Shown here piece after piece: positions 1 to 11,822 of a stretch of DNA of 64,000 bases. The stretch comes from Eledone cirrhosa (Eukaryota): the NCBI GenBank assembly GCA_964016885.1, contig OZ024764.1, forward strand, positions 10,788,001-10,852,000. The letters run 5' to 3'. The first letter of the stretch is position 1. Each line of letters begins with the position of its first letter. The notes under the pieces are model-generated. The model ran no database searches and was not told where the DNA came from. It was given only the letters and a program-made list of their open reading frames with translations. The position numbers and the translations under genes were made by a program.

Positions 1-171
1 ACCCTTCCCACCCACCCACCCCATCCTCATCATCATCATCATCATCATCATCACCACCGCCATCATCATCATCAGCAACAACAGCAACAACATTACCATC
101 ATCATGAACACCACCAATCATTCATCATCGCCATCATCATCGCCACCACCATCACCAACAACAAAACCATC

Positions 172-205
<34 letters not shown>

Positions 206-855
206 TCATCACCAACAACAAAACCAATTATCACCACCATTATCTTCATCACCATCAACATCACCCTCAACACCATCCTCACCATCACCACCATCATCAC
301 CATCAACATCATCACCATCAACACCATCCTCACCAACAACAACAACACCATCATCACCATCAACATCATCACCCTCAACACCATCATTACTATCATCATC
401 ATCATCACCATCAACATCATCACCATCAACACCATCCTCACCAACAACAACAACACCATCATCACCATCAACATCATCACCATCAACACCATCCTCACCA
501 TCAACACTATCATCAACATCATCACCACCACCACCACCAACAACAACAACACCATCACCAACACCATCATCACCACCACCACCACCAACACCATCATCAC
601 CACCAACATCACCACCACCAACACCATCATCACCACCACCACTTCCAACAACAACAACACCACCACCAACACCATCATCACTACCAACATCAGCAACATC
701 ACCGTCAGCACCACCACCACCAACACCATCATCACCACCAACATCACCACCACCAACAACAACAACACCACCACCAACATCATCATCACTACCAACATCA
801 GCAACATCACCGTCACCAACACCACCACCGTCACCAACATCAACCGTCACCACCA
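1..855. repeat. Degenerate trinucleotide repeat (CAC/CAT/CAA)n
   Basis: Directly visible; source of the Thr/Ile/Asn- and Val/Met-rich ORFs. Confidence 0.95.
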
Positions 856-875
856 TTACATTATATTACATTTCA

Positions 876-972
876 TTACATCAAGTGTGAGGCTGACAAG
901 TCACGGGAGGATTGTATTCCAATAAACGGGTGGATAACGGGTGGTCGCCTCATCATTAGAGTGTCGGGCTGT
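876..972 (-). CDS. Candidate terminal coding exon of an unidentified host gene: (R)QPDTLMMRRPPVIHPFIGIQSSRDLSASHLM*
   Basis: Unique island. Minus-strand acceptor ttgtatagcag ends at 973, frame is open to TAA at 876-878, and phase fits the candidate exon at 9079-9107. No homologue recognised. Confidence 0.3.
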
Positions 973-1079
973 CTGCTATACAACACGATACCCTTTATAA
1001 TATGTGAACATAAACAAATGAAATTGTCGGGTACCTAATACTTCTTCGTTTTGGCAGAATATATATAGACCCATTGATA

Positions 1080-1930
1080 TTGTTGTTGGTGGAGGTGTTG
1101 GGGTTTTTGGTGGTAGTGGTGGTGGTGGTGGTGGTTTTGGTAGTGGTGGTGGTGGTGGTGGTGTTGTTGTTGGTGTTGGTGGTGGTGTTGTGTTGGTTGC
1201 TGTGTTGGTGGTGGTGGTGGTGGTGGTGTTGGTGGTGTTGGTGGTGTTGGTGGTGTGGGTGGTGGTGGTGTTGGTGGTGACGGTGGTGTTGGTGGTGGTG
1301 GTGTTGGTGGTGACGGTGGTGTTGGTGGTGGTGGTGTTGGTTGTGGTGTTGGTGGTGGTTGTGTTTGTTGTTGTTGTGGTGGTGGTGTTGGTGGTGTTTG
1401 TATTGGTAGGGTTGGTGGTGTTGTAGGTGCTGACGGTGATGTTGCTGATGTTGGTAGTGATGATGGTGTTGGTGGTGGTGTTGTTGTTGTTGGAAGTGGT
1501 GGTGGTGATGATGGTGTTGGTGGTGGTGATGTTGGTGGTGATGATGGTGTTGTTGTTGGTGGTGGTGGTGGTGATGATGGTGTTGGTGATGGTGTTGTTG
1601 TTGTTGTTGGTGGTGGTGGTGATGATGTTGATAATAGTGTTGATGGTGGTGGTGGTGTTGGTGGTGTTGGTGGTGTTGGTGGTGTGGGTGGTGGTGGTGT
1701 TGGTGGTGACGGTGGTGGTGGTGTTGGTGGTGACTGTGGTGTTGGTGGTGGTGGTGAGGGTGGTGGTGGTGTTGGTGTCGGTGGTGGTGGTGGTGTTGCT
1801 GGTGGTGTTGGTGTTGGTGTTGGTAGTGGTGGTGGTGGTGGTGTTGGTGGTGTTTGTGTTGGTAGGGTTGGTGATGTTGGTGGTGGTGGTGTTGGGGTTG
1901 TTGGTGGTTTTGGGGTTGTTGGTGGTGTTT
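1080..1930. repeat. Degenerate (GGT/GTT)n repeat containing an inverted copy of part of 1-855
   Basis: Visible; 1427-1648 is approximately the reverse complement of 497-711. Confidence 0.9.
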
Positions 1931-2004
1931 ATCATTATCATAATTATTATTATCATGAACACCATCAGCATCATCACCGCCTCCACCATTATCAATACCA
2001 CAAT

Positions 2005-2195
2005 GGCGGTGAATTGGCAGTATCGGTAGAGGATCAGACGACAGGTTTTCCAGCATAGAGTTACGTCCCTTTACAGTCTGAGTTCAAATCCCGCCGAGGT
2101 TAACTTTGCCTTTCATCCTTACGGGGTCGATAAAATAAAGTACCAGTAATACACTGGAGTAATTGCTGGCCTTGTGCCTAAAGTAGAAACAATTA
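2005..2195 (+). mobile_element. tRNA-derived SINE, family 1 (Meta-domain-like core), full length
   Basis: A-box-like TGGCAGTATCGG, B-box GAGTTCAAATCC, core GCCTTTCATCCTTACGGGGTCGATAAAATAAAGTACC; many copies in the window; 17-bp TSD ATTATCAATACCACAAT at 1988-2004 and 2808-2824. Confidence 0.9.
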
Positions 2196-2810
2196 TTTCA
2201 GGGTCGATAAAATAAAGTACCAGTAATACACTGGGGTAATTGCTGGCCTTGTGCCAAAAGTAGAAACAATTATTTCAGGGTCGATAAAATAAAGTACCAG
2301 TAATACACTGGAGTAATTGCTGGCCTTGTGCCAAAAGTAGAAACAATTATTTCAGGGTCGATAAAATAAAGTACCAGTAATACACTGGGGTAATTGCTGG
2401 CCTTGTGCCAAAAGTAGAAACAATTATTTCAGGGTCGATAAAATAAAGTACCAGTAATACACTGGAGTAATTGCTGGCCTTGTGCCAAAAGTAGAAACAA
2501 TTATTTCAGGGTCGATAAAATAAAGTACCAGTAATACACTGGAGTAATTGCTGGCCTTGTGCCAAAAGTAGAAACAATTATTTCAGGGTCGATAAAATAA
2601 AGTACCAGTAATACACTGGAGTAATTGCTGGCCTTGTGCCAAAAGTAGAAACAATTATTTCAGGGTCGATAAAATAAAATACCAGTAATACACTGGACTA
2701 ATTGCTGGCCTTGTGCCAAAAGTAGAAACAATTATTTCAGGGTCGATAAAATAAAGTACCAGTAATACACTGGAGTAATTGCTGGCCTTGTGCCAAAAGT
2801 AGAAACAATT
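2124..2810 (+). repeat. Tandem array, about 9 x 77 bp, of the SINE family 1 3' half
   Basis: GGGTCGATAAAATAAA recurs at 2124, 2201, 2278, 2355, 2432, 2509, 2586, 2663 and 2740. Confidence 0.95.
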
Positions 2811-3196
2811 ATCAATACCACAATCCCCAACTCCTTCACCACCACCATCATCACCATCATCACCAACATCACCAACATTATCATCACCATCTCTATCGTC
2901 ATGATGATGTCGTTGTGTCACACGAGACGCCGCTGCTGCTGCTACTACTACTACTACCACCACTACCACCACCGAAACTACTACTACCACCACCTCCCAC
3001 CACCACCACCACTAGTACTACTCTACACCCTTACCTCAGATACCCATCATTCCATCTACAACATAACTACCTATCTGGGTGTCATGGAATGTTATGTTGT
3101 GGCAGTCTTAGCATTTACACACTCCATTAGACAAGATGGCGACACCCCCGTCGCCAAAGCACCTCTCCTACCCCACACCTCCAACCGGCACACCCG

Positions 3197-3245
<49 letters not shown>

Positions 3246-3395
3246 CTATGAGTTTGTTTGTATGTATGTATGTATGTACGTACGTACGTACGTATGTATG
3301 TATGTTTGTATGTATGTATGTATGTATGTATGTATGTATGTATGTATGTATGTACGTATGTATGTATGTTTGTATGTATGTATGTATGTATGTAT

Positions 3396-3682
3396 ATCAT
3401 CTTGGTTAAGAGAGTGGGACTGGCTTTGTGCAGTGCCTTTGCTCACTATAAAAGCTTCACGGCACAGGCATTGCTTTATATCTGGAGATCTCTCTGCACT
3501 TGTCGTCACATGGTACCATGGGCCCAGCACTATGTGTCAATAATTGTCACAAGTGTAGTGTTTGTACCAGAGTTTTCAAGTCGCTGGCTGGACTAAAAAG
3601 TCACACTCGTTCAGCGCATCGGTAGGGGTTCTCCTACATGGATATAAAGTAGTGGCCGTACTCGAAAACGAGTTGGCAGCCA

Positions 3683-3686
<4 letters not shown>
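3396..3686. repeat. Dispersed repeat of about 290 bp between microsatellites (inverted copy at 43024-43314)
   Basis: Near-identical reverse complement at 43024-43314; its terminal TGGTGGCTGCCAACTCGTTT also occurs at 4011-4030. Confidence 0.85.
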
Positions 3687-3744
<58 letters not shown>

Positions 3745-3792
3745 ATGAAATGACAGGAGGCTGGATTTGTGTAAATCCTTGAAAGGTTTATT

Positions 3793-3850
3793 ATACTATG
3801 ATCATTTCAATGACCGGGTTCCGCATGAATCCGGTGATATCATCAGGTAT
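3793..3850 (-). ncRNA. Type I hammerhead ribozyme motif
   Basis: Minus strand: ATAC CTGATGA tatcaccgg..ccggtcatt GAAA TGATCA TA GTAT, then AATAAA. Stem I ATAC/GTAT, palindromic stem III, AUA cleavage triplet. Confidence 0.8.
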
Positions 3851-3973
3851 TCGAAATATAATACGTGAATGTAATAGGTAAAATCCATGGGGCTGAAAAT
3901 CGAGACCCGAGGGCGACCGCTATTCTGTTCCTTCAACCTCAGCCGGTCGCCCTGGGGTGAACCTCAAACCTGA

Positions 3974-4013
<40 letters not shown>

Positions 4014-4030
4014 TGGCTGCCAACTCGTTT

Positions 4031-4247
4031 GCGGTCCTGCCCTGGCAGTGGAGACTTCTGGTGTCCTCGGCCCCACCCTACTCACCACCATAGGCGCTGA
4101 GCTGGCCAGCCGTAGGTGTGAGCCCCGCGAGTTGGAGTGGCTCTTCCAGTGCGTCTCCAGTGCGTCTCCCTCGCCGTCCTCCAGGGCAACGCCTTCTCCA
4201 TTCTGTCCGCCGGGGCTGTGGATGGGCTCCATCGCGTACCGTTGTAG
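4031..4247 (+). pseudogene. C-terminal fragment of a CRE-like (restriction-like endonuclease) non-LTR retrotransposon ORF
   Basis: Removing the 11-bp duplication (4147-4168) gives LAVETSGVLGP..LASRRCEPRELEWLFQCVSLAVLQGNAFSIL..*, matching the CRE-type VET.G..G / QRLS.AVQRGNA motif as I recall it. Confidence 0.75.
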
Positions 4248-4285
4248 GGATTTTGCAGCTTCTACGTCTGTCGACTGCCCTCAAG

Positions 4286-4330
<45 letters not shown>

Positions 4331-4503
4331 CGTCCTTTCACGCACAAGGCGCCAAGGTACGCATGTATTGTCCAACCAAGTGCCAGTGTGGTTCAATGGC
4401 GGGTTAATAAATTAACGAGCCAGAACAAATATAAACAAGGTTTAGTAAATAATGAAAAAGTTTCAAAATAAATTTTAAAAAATTGACTTTACCTACTATA
4501 GTT

Positions 4504-4587
4504 ACCTTTACCGATCGGTTTCGAATCCCAAAAATAAAACGCAGGCCATACGGCCCTCGTTGCAAAGAGAGATTCTCGTCAGAAGGT
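4504..4587 (-). ncRNA. Type I hammerhead ribozyme, 483-bp unit copy 1
   Basis: ACCTT CTGACGA GAATCTC..GGGATTC GAAA CCGATCGG TA AAGGT; intact core, GUA triplet, palindromic stem III. Confidence 0.85.
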
Positions 4588-4986
4588 TCTTTTCATTCAA
4601 AGAATATAAAATTCCTGAATTTAAATCACAAACTAGCGCTATCAAAGACTGTTCCTGGGATGAGAGTGGATGATGTAGAACAGGTTTATCAAGGGCCGTA
4701 GTAAAGATAGAGGCAAAAGGAGGTAGGTCAAACTAGCCACCACTGTTATCAGCAGCAGTCGGAATGACCCGGTTTGTTCTCAACGTTTGTGGAGGTAGTA
4801 GTAATATGAAATACGTCCTTTCACGCACAAGGCGCCAAGGTACGCATGTATTGTCCAACCAAGTGCCAGTGTGGTTCAATGGCGGGTTAATAAATTAACG
4901 AGCCAGAACAAATATAAACAAGGTTTAGTAAATAATGAAAAAGTTTCAAAATAAATTTTAAAAAATTGACTTTACCTACTATAGTT

Positions 4987-5070
4987 ACCTTTACCGATCG
5001 GTTTCGAATCCCAAAAATAAAACGCAGGCCATACGGCCCTCGTTGCAAAGAGAGATTCTCGTCAGAAGGT
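4987..5070 (-). ncRNA. Type I hammerhead ribozyme, 483-bp unit copy 2
   Basis: Same sequence as 4504-4587, shifted by 483 nt. Confidence 0.85.
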
Positions 5071-5612
5071 TCTTTTCATTCAAAGAATATAAAATTCCTG
5101 AATTTAAATCACAAACTAGCGCTATCAAAGACTGTTCCTGGGATGAGAGTGGATGATGTAGAACAGGTTTATCAAGGGCCGTAGTAAAGATAGAGGCAAA
5201 AGGAGGTAGGTCAAACTATAGTAGGTAAAGTCAATTTTTTAAAATTTATTTTGAAACTTTTTCATTATTTACTAAACCTTGTTTATATTTGTTCTGGCTC
5301 GTTAATTTATTAACCCGCCATTGAACCACACTGGCACTTGGTTGGACAATACATGCGTACCTTGGCGCCTTGTGCGTGAAAGGACGTATTTCATATTACT
5401 ACTACCTCCACAAACGTTGAGAACAAACCGGGTCATTCCGACTGCTGCTGATAACAGTGGTGGCTAGTTCGACCTACCTCCTTTTGCCTCTATCTTTACT
5501 ACGGCCCTTGATAAACCTGTTCTACATCATCCACTCTCATCCCAGGAACAGTCTTTGATAGCGCTAGTTTGTGATTTAAATTCAGGAATTTTATATTCTT
5601 TGAATGAAAAGA

Positions 5613-5695
5613 ACCTTCTGACGAGAATCTCTCTTTGCAACGAGGGCCGTATGGCCTGCGTTTTATTTTGGGATTCGAAACCGATCGGTAAAGGT
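5613..5695 (+). ncRNA. Type I hammerhead ribozyme, inverted copy 3
   Basis: acctt CTGACGA gaatc..gattc GAAA ccgatcgg TA aaggt on the + strand. Confidence 0.85.
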
Positions 5696-5762
5696 AACTA
5701 TAGTAGGTAAAGTCAATTTTTTAAAATTTATTTTGAAACTTTTTCATTATTTACTAAACCTT

Positions 5763-5801
<39 letters not shown>

Positions 5802-5806
5802 TATAT

Positions 5807-6491
5807 ATTGATTTATCATTTATTATTTTAAATCGAGACAGGCAAACTATATTTATTTGAATTAGTTTATTTCATTCTAGCTAACTTCGTCTTTTACAAT
5901 ACAAACACTTATGTGTTTATCATATATTAATTTATATTAACTTGTATTTCACGGCTCAGAAATGCTTCTTTCTTTGAGCTAATTAATTGTAAAGGACTGT
6001 TTGAGTTTTTAACTCTAAATATAATATAATATTACGGCTCCTTTTGTTGAGCTAATTTTTAATCCCATATAAACGGCTGTTATTTCTAGCGCCGTGAGTA
6101 TCAGATAGCTAGTGAGCTGGGATACCTCGTGCGTTTGTGCTTGTGAACCAGACCTCCAAAATTATTTCGAGGTGAAACATCCTAATTTTTCTGGATACCT
6201 GTTGATTAGCACAGAAAATTGGAATATTTCACTTTTTATACTATCGTTGCGAAACTTATTTGGGTTTTGAAATTCAAATTTATCTGCGGAACAGGTTTGG
6301 ATTTTGAAATTTAAATTTGTCCAGGTATTTGCCAATATGGGTTTGTTTTTATTGATTTATCATTTATTATTTTAAATCGAGACAGGCAAACTATATTTAT
6401 TTGAATTAGTTTATTTCATTCTAGCTAACTTCGTCTTTTACAATACAAACACTTACGTGTTTATCATATATTAATTTATATTAACTTGTAT
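5807..6491. repeat. Direct duplication of about 140 bp (5807-5947 / 6351-6491) around a ~400-bp interior
   Basis: ATTGATTTATCATTT..TTAACTTGTAT present twice. Confidence 0.8.
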
Positions 6492-6514
6492 AATTACTTG
6501 AGTTTGAATCCCTA

Positions 6515-6900
6515 AAACTCGAGAAGTACCCAACCGATTTTTTTCAAACTTTACATGTGTATTACTTATGTTTCAGGGAGTGTTATGCACATAAATTCAA
6601 CTTTTTGATCCCCTAGGGCCCGCATTAGGTGAAAAACTTCATTTTTTCAGCTTTTTAGGGATTTTTTGAGGCGTTACGTCAGACCGATTTCCTTGAAATT
6701 GTAACTATGTATTAGTCAGTCTTCATACCGTAAGCAAAGAAAATTCAACTTTTTTATCGCCTAGGGCCCGCATAAAGGTGAAAAACTTCATTTTTTTCAG
6801 CTTTTTAGGGCTTTTTTGAGGCGTTATGTCTAGCCCATTTTCGCGAAATTTCAAGGCATATTATTCACAGTAAAAAATTCATTTTCTTGATCCCCTAGTT
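6515..6900. mobile_element. Probable non-autonomous DNA element fragment with ~150-bp internal subrepeats
   Basis: AAATTCAACTTTTT..CCTAGGGCCCGCAT..GGTGAAAAACTTC twice, with ACCGATTT..AAA(C/T)T motifs common in invertebrate non-autonomous elements; family not identified. Confidence 0.35.
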
Positions 6901-7309
6901 TGCAATTTTCAACTGTTAAAATTGCAAACTCGACTGTCACCACATATTATGAACCTGAAGATTGCGAAAGCATGAAAGTACTTGTTCAATTAACACTTAG
7001 AATTTAATATTCTATCATACTATTTCATTATAATACCATTATAAATTTTAAAGGATTGTAAATAAAACGAGTAAATCAGACAAAGTTGGAATTCCTCTTA
7101 TTAATATACATATATATATATGCATCTATGTGTATATATATATATGTATTTAGGTTAGAAATGGCACCTCATGAAGAAGAAGAAGAAAGAATAAAGATCC
7201 TCAACAACAACAACAACAACAACAACAAACCAACATGGACGCCGAGGATGTAAATGGAAAAAAGCTATTGTTTCCTTTCCATGTACGGAAACTATTGTAA
7301 TAGGACGAT

Positions 7310-8220
7310 AGGTGGTGTGGTGGTGAGTTGTTCTGGTATTGGTGGGGTGGGGTGTTTTAGGTAGTGGGGTGTGAGGGTGGGGTGTTTAGGTGGTGGGGTG
7401 TGGGGGTGTATTGTGTGTATGGTGGTGGTGATGGTGTTGGTCTCAGGTGAGGAGTGGTGGCGGTGGTGAGAGAATGTAATGAGCTTGTGGGGTGGGGCTA
7501 TGCTGGCGAGTTGTGTTGGTGGTGGTGGTGGTGGTGGGTGTTGATGTTAGTGTTGGTTGTGGTGGCTGAGATGGCGAGGTGTTGGTGTTCAGATGGTGGT
7601 GGTGGTGGTGTTGGAATGGCGAGGTGTGTTTGTGTTGATGTTGATGGTGGTGGTGTTGGCGGTGGTGTTGGTGTTAATGGCTGTGTTGAAGGTGGTGGTG
7701 ATGTAGTAAACATCTTCCAGTCAGTCCCCTAACCTACCACCACCACACCACCACCACTACACCACCACCACCACCACCACACCACCACCATTACACCACC
7801 ACTACACCACAACCACCAACACCATCACCACCACACCACCACCACTACACCACCACTACACCACAACCACCACCACCACCACCACCACACCACCACACCA
7901 CCACCACCACCATCACCACACCACCACCACTACACCACCACTACACCACAACCACCACCACCATCACCACCACACCACCACCACACCACCACCACACCAT
8001 CACTACTACACCACCACTACTCCACAACCACCACCACACCACCACCACCACCACCACACCACCACCACCACCATCACTACACCACCACCACACCACCACC
8101 ACTACACCACCACTACACCACAACCACCAACACCATCACCACCACACCACCACCACACCACCACCACTACACCACAACCACCACCACACCACCACCACGC
8201 CACCACACCACCACCACCAC
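7310..8220. repeat. (GGT)n-rich tract followed by a (CAC)n-rich tract
   Basis: Directly visible. Confidence 0.9.
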
Positions 8221-8304
8221 CCAGCCCCAATTCCAGCCCCACGTCACTCTGTGGAATCCATTAGATGTACCCGGGGTAATGTAGAAAAATTAAACAAAAG
8301 AAAT

Positions 8305-8940
8305 GGACGAGAGAGAGAGTGGGTGGGAGAGAGGGAGGGAAAAGAGATAGAAATGGAGAGAGAAGAGAGAGGGAGAGAGAATGGGAGAGAGAGAGAGGAG
8401 AGGAAAGAGAGAGAGAATGGGAGAGAATGGGAGAGAGAGGAGAGGAAAGAGAGAGAGAATGGGAGAGAGAGGGAGAGAGAGTGAGAGAGGGAATGGGAGA
8501 GAGAGAGGAGAGAGAGAATGGAAGAGAGGGGAGAGAATGGAAGAGAGAGAGCGGAGAGGGAGAGAGAGAGAATGGAAGAGAGAGAGGGGAGAGAGGAGAG
8601 AGAGAGAGGGGAGATGAGAGAGAGGGGAGAGGAGAGAGAGAGAAAGAAAGAGAGGAGAGGAGAGAGAGAGAATGGAAGAGAGAGAGGGGAGAGGAGAGGA
8701 GAGAGAGAGAATGGAAGAGAGAGAGGGGAGAGGAGAGAGCGAGAATGGAAGAGAGAGGGGAGAGGAGAGAGAGAGAATGGAAGAGAGAGAGGGGAGAGGA
8801 GAGAGAGAGGTGAGAGGAGAGGAGAGAGGTGAGAGAGGGACAGACATACAGACAGAGAAGGGAAAAGATGGAGAGAGAGAAAGAGAGAGAGAATCAGAGA
8901 AAGTGAGAGAAAGAAAGAGAGAAAGAGAGGAAGAAGGAAG
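8305..8940. repeat. Polypurine (GA)n-rich tract
   Basis: Directly visible. Confidence 0.95.
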
Positions 8941-9078
8941 ACGAAGTACCCGGCTTTTCCAACAACAACAACAACAACAATAGGTAAAGGCATAACAAAA
9001 CAATATGTTGTTATGACAACTGGGAGAATAATTTGGAGAAGAGTTAGAAAACAAACCTCTACCACCCCACCACCCCAC

Positions 9079-9107
9079 CTGGGGTTGGCTGAGGTGTGGG
9101 GAGGGGG
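9079..9107 (-). CDS. Candidate 29-nt micro-exon (PPPHTSANP)
   Basis: ctactacag acceptor and AG|gtgggg donor (weak); phase 0 in, phase 2 out, which fits the other two candidate exons. Confidence 0.2.
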
Positions 9108-9595
9108 CTGTAGTAGATATATATATGGTGTTGGTGGTGGTGGTGTTGGTGGTGTTGGTGGTATTAGTGGTGGTGGTAGTGGTGGTAGTGGTGGTGGTGG
9201 TGGTGGTGTTAGTGGTGGGGGTGTTGGTGGTGGTGGTAGTGATGGTGGTGGTGTTAGTGGTGGTGGTGTTGGTGGTATTAGTGGTGGTGGTAGTGGTGGT
9301 GGTGGTGTTAGTGGTGTTAGTGGTGGTGGTGGTGGGACAGGTGGAGGTTGGTGGAAAAGGGTGCGTGTTTAATCGGTGGAGAGAGAGAGAGGGAGAGAGA
9401 GAAAGAGAGAGAGAGGGAGAGAGGGAGAGGGAGAGAGAGAAAGAGAGAGAGAGGGAGAGAGAAAGAGAGAGAGTGTATGAATAAATGGGAGAGAGAACGA
9501 GAGAGAGAGAGAGAGAGAGGAAGAGAAAGAAAAGCAATTTATTCATAATTTTCAGAAAGGACTAAAAAAATGTTAAAATAAAACAATATTGACAC

Positions 9596-9629
<34 letters not shown>

Positions 9630-9699
9630 TGTTTCTACTTTTGGCACAAGGCCAGCAATTACCCCGTGTATTACTGGTACTTTATTTTATCGACCCCGT

Positions 9700-10023
9700 A
9701 GGCCGACATATAGGGGACAATACAAAAGACTGGGACAGTGGGATGGTTTACATATACAACGAGTAAATAATATAAATAACAATAACAAAATAACAATACA
9801 AATACAACAAGGAAAATTCCCCAATAGGGGGATAGGAGGGGGGGGGGTGACCACCCAGGGTTCACTCAGGTACCCCACCAATCCTGAACGACCCGACGCT
9901 TCGAGGGCACCCGGGAAGGGCACCCCTCTCCTCCTCAAATTCACCCGTCTACAGGCGCATGATCAGAGTAGGCCCACTCACACGGGCCATTCTCGCCACA
10001 TTCACCCACCTTTCAGCAAATGT
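9700..10023 (-). mobile_element. 3' end of an L1/Tx1-like LINE (ORF2 end plus 3' UTR) fused to a SINE family 1 tail at 9627-9702
   Basis: 9949-10023 encodes TFAERWVNVARMARVSGPTLIMRL*, with the F..RW motif of L1/Tx1 ORF2 C-termini, followed by a T-rich UTR. Confidence 0.55.
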
Positions 10024-10125
10024 ACTGGGGGGAGGGGAGGGGGGGGGGGGGCAGCACATCTCTCTCCACCCTCATCTTCCTTTCCAAATGATAGTTGAAA
10101 AACTTGATGACGGATTGGCCGAAAA

Positions 10126-11225
10126 ATTGTTTCTACTTTCGGCACAAGGCCAGCAATTATCTCAGTGTATTACTGGTACTTTATTTTATCAATATCAACC
10201 CCCGTAAGGATGAAAGGCAAAGTTAACCTTGGCGGGATTTTAATTCAGACCGTAAAGGGCCGTAACTCTATATCTAATAATTGTTTCTACTTTTGGCACA
10301 GGGCCAGCAAGTACCCCAGTGCATTACTGGTACTTTATTTTATCGACCCCGTAAGGATGAAAGGCAAAGTTATCCTCGGCGGGATTTGAACTCAGATCAT
10401 AAAGGGAGGTAACTCTATGCTTCAAAGCATGGCGCCCGACCCTCTACCGATACTGCCAATCCACCACCCTATTTTTGACACAAATAATAATAATAATTGT
10501 TTCTACTGTTGGCACAAGGCCAGCAAGTTGGGGGTTGATTAAATCAACCCAGTACATTACTGGAACATTATTATTTTATCGACCCCGTAAGGATGAAAGG
10601 CAAAGTTATCCTCGGCGGGATTTGAACTCAGATCATAAAGGGAGGTAACTCTATGCTTCAAAGCATGGCGCCCGACCCTCTACCGATACTGCCAATCCAC
10701 CACCCTATTTTTGACACAAATAATAATAATAATTGTTTCTACTGTTGGCACAAGGCCAGCAAGTTGGGGGTTGATTAAATCAACCCAGTACATTACTGGA
10801 ACATTATTATTTTATCGACCCCGTAAGGATGAAAGGCAAAGTTAACCTCGGCGGGATTTGAACTCAGATCATAAAGGGAGGTAACTCTATGCTTCAAAGC
10901 ATGGCGCCCGACCCTCTACCGATACTGCCAATCCACCACCCTATTTTTGACACAAATAATAATAATAATTGTTTCTACTGTTGGCACAAGGCCAGCAAGT
11001 TGGTGGGGGTGGGAGTTGATTAAATCAACCCAGTACATTACTGGAACATTATTATTTTATCGACCCCGTAAGGATGAAAGGCAAAGTTAACCTCGGCGGG
11101 ATTTGAACTCGGTTTTTGATTTAGGCAAAAGGCCAGCAATTTTGTAGGGAGATGGGAAAGTTGATTAAATCGACCCCTATAAGGATGAAAGGCAAAGGGA
11201 CGTAAAGAGACGTAACTCTATGCCG
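10126..11225 (-). mobile_element. SINE family 1 cluster including a 236-bp tandem amplification
   Basis: TATCGACCCCGTAAGG at 10341, 10577, 10813 and 11058 with shared diagnostic variants; partial copies at 10126-10270 and 11145-11225. Confidence 0.9.
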
Positions 11226-11447
11226 CAAATAATAAAGATGATGACGATGATGATAGCTTCTTTTATTGGCCACAAGGGCCCAAGACTTTGGGGCCAACAC
11301 AAGAACCAATGACATCACAAGTAAAGGGTGGAAACCAGCAGCAGCAACAACAACAACAGAAATAAGGATTATTGTTGTTGTAAGCGTTTTAAAAAAAATA
11401 TCAACAACAGTGACAGGTGCCAAAGAGGAGGGGGGAGGGAGACGAAC

Positions 11448-11791
11448 AGAAGAAGAAGAAGAAGAAGAAGAAGAAGAAGAAGAAGAAGAAGAAGAAGAAG
11501 AAAGACAGAAAAGAAGAAAGACAGAAAAAAAGAAGAAGAAGAAGAAGTAGAAGATGAAGAAGAAGAAGAAGAAGAAGAAGAAGAAGAAGAAGAAGAAGGA
11601 GATGAAGAAGAAGAGGAAAGACAGAAAAGAAGAAAGACAGAAAAAAGAAAAGAAGAAAGACAGAAAAGAAGAAGAAAGACAGAAAAAAAAAGAAGAAGAA
11701 GAAGAAAAAGAAGAAGAAGAAGAAGAAGAAGAAGAAAAGAAGAAAAAAGAAAAGAAGAAAGACAGAAAAAAGAAAATAATAATAATAATAA

Positions 11792-11822
<31 letters not shown>

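Larger units (their letters stand above)
4321..5770. mobile_element. 483-bp hammerhead-bearing unit: about 1.85 direct copies plus an inverted ~555-bp copy (Penelope pLTR/retrozyme-like)
   Basis: Unit restarts at 4321 and 4804; 5214-5770 is the reverse complement of about 4428-4986; (TA)n on both sides. Confidence 0.8.

Noticed and set aside
2005-2100. tRNA gene-like A/B boxes
   Set aside because: SINE heads; no complete cloverleaf, always followed by the SINE core.
4483-5184. Duplicated 72-aa ORF MTLPTIV...
   Set aside because: TTG start, antisense to the hammerhead, no recognisable domain; duplicated only because the 483-bp unit is.
7161-7301. Plus-strand short ORF MAPHEEEERKNKDPQQQ...
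   Set aside because: 46 codons, partly GAA/CAA repeat, no homology recognised and no supporting exons.
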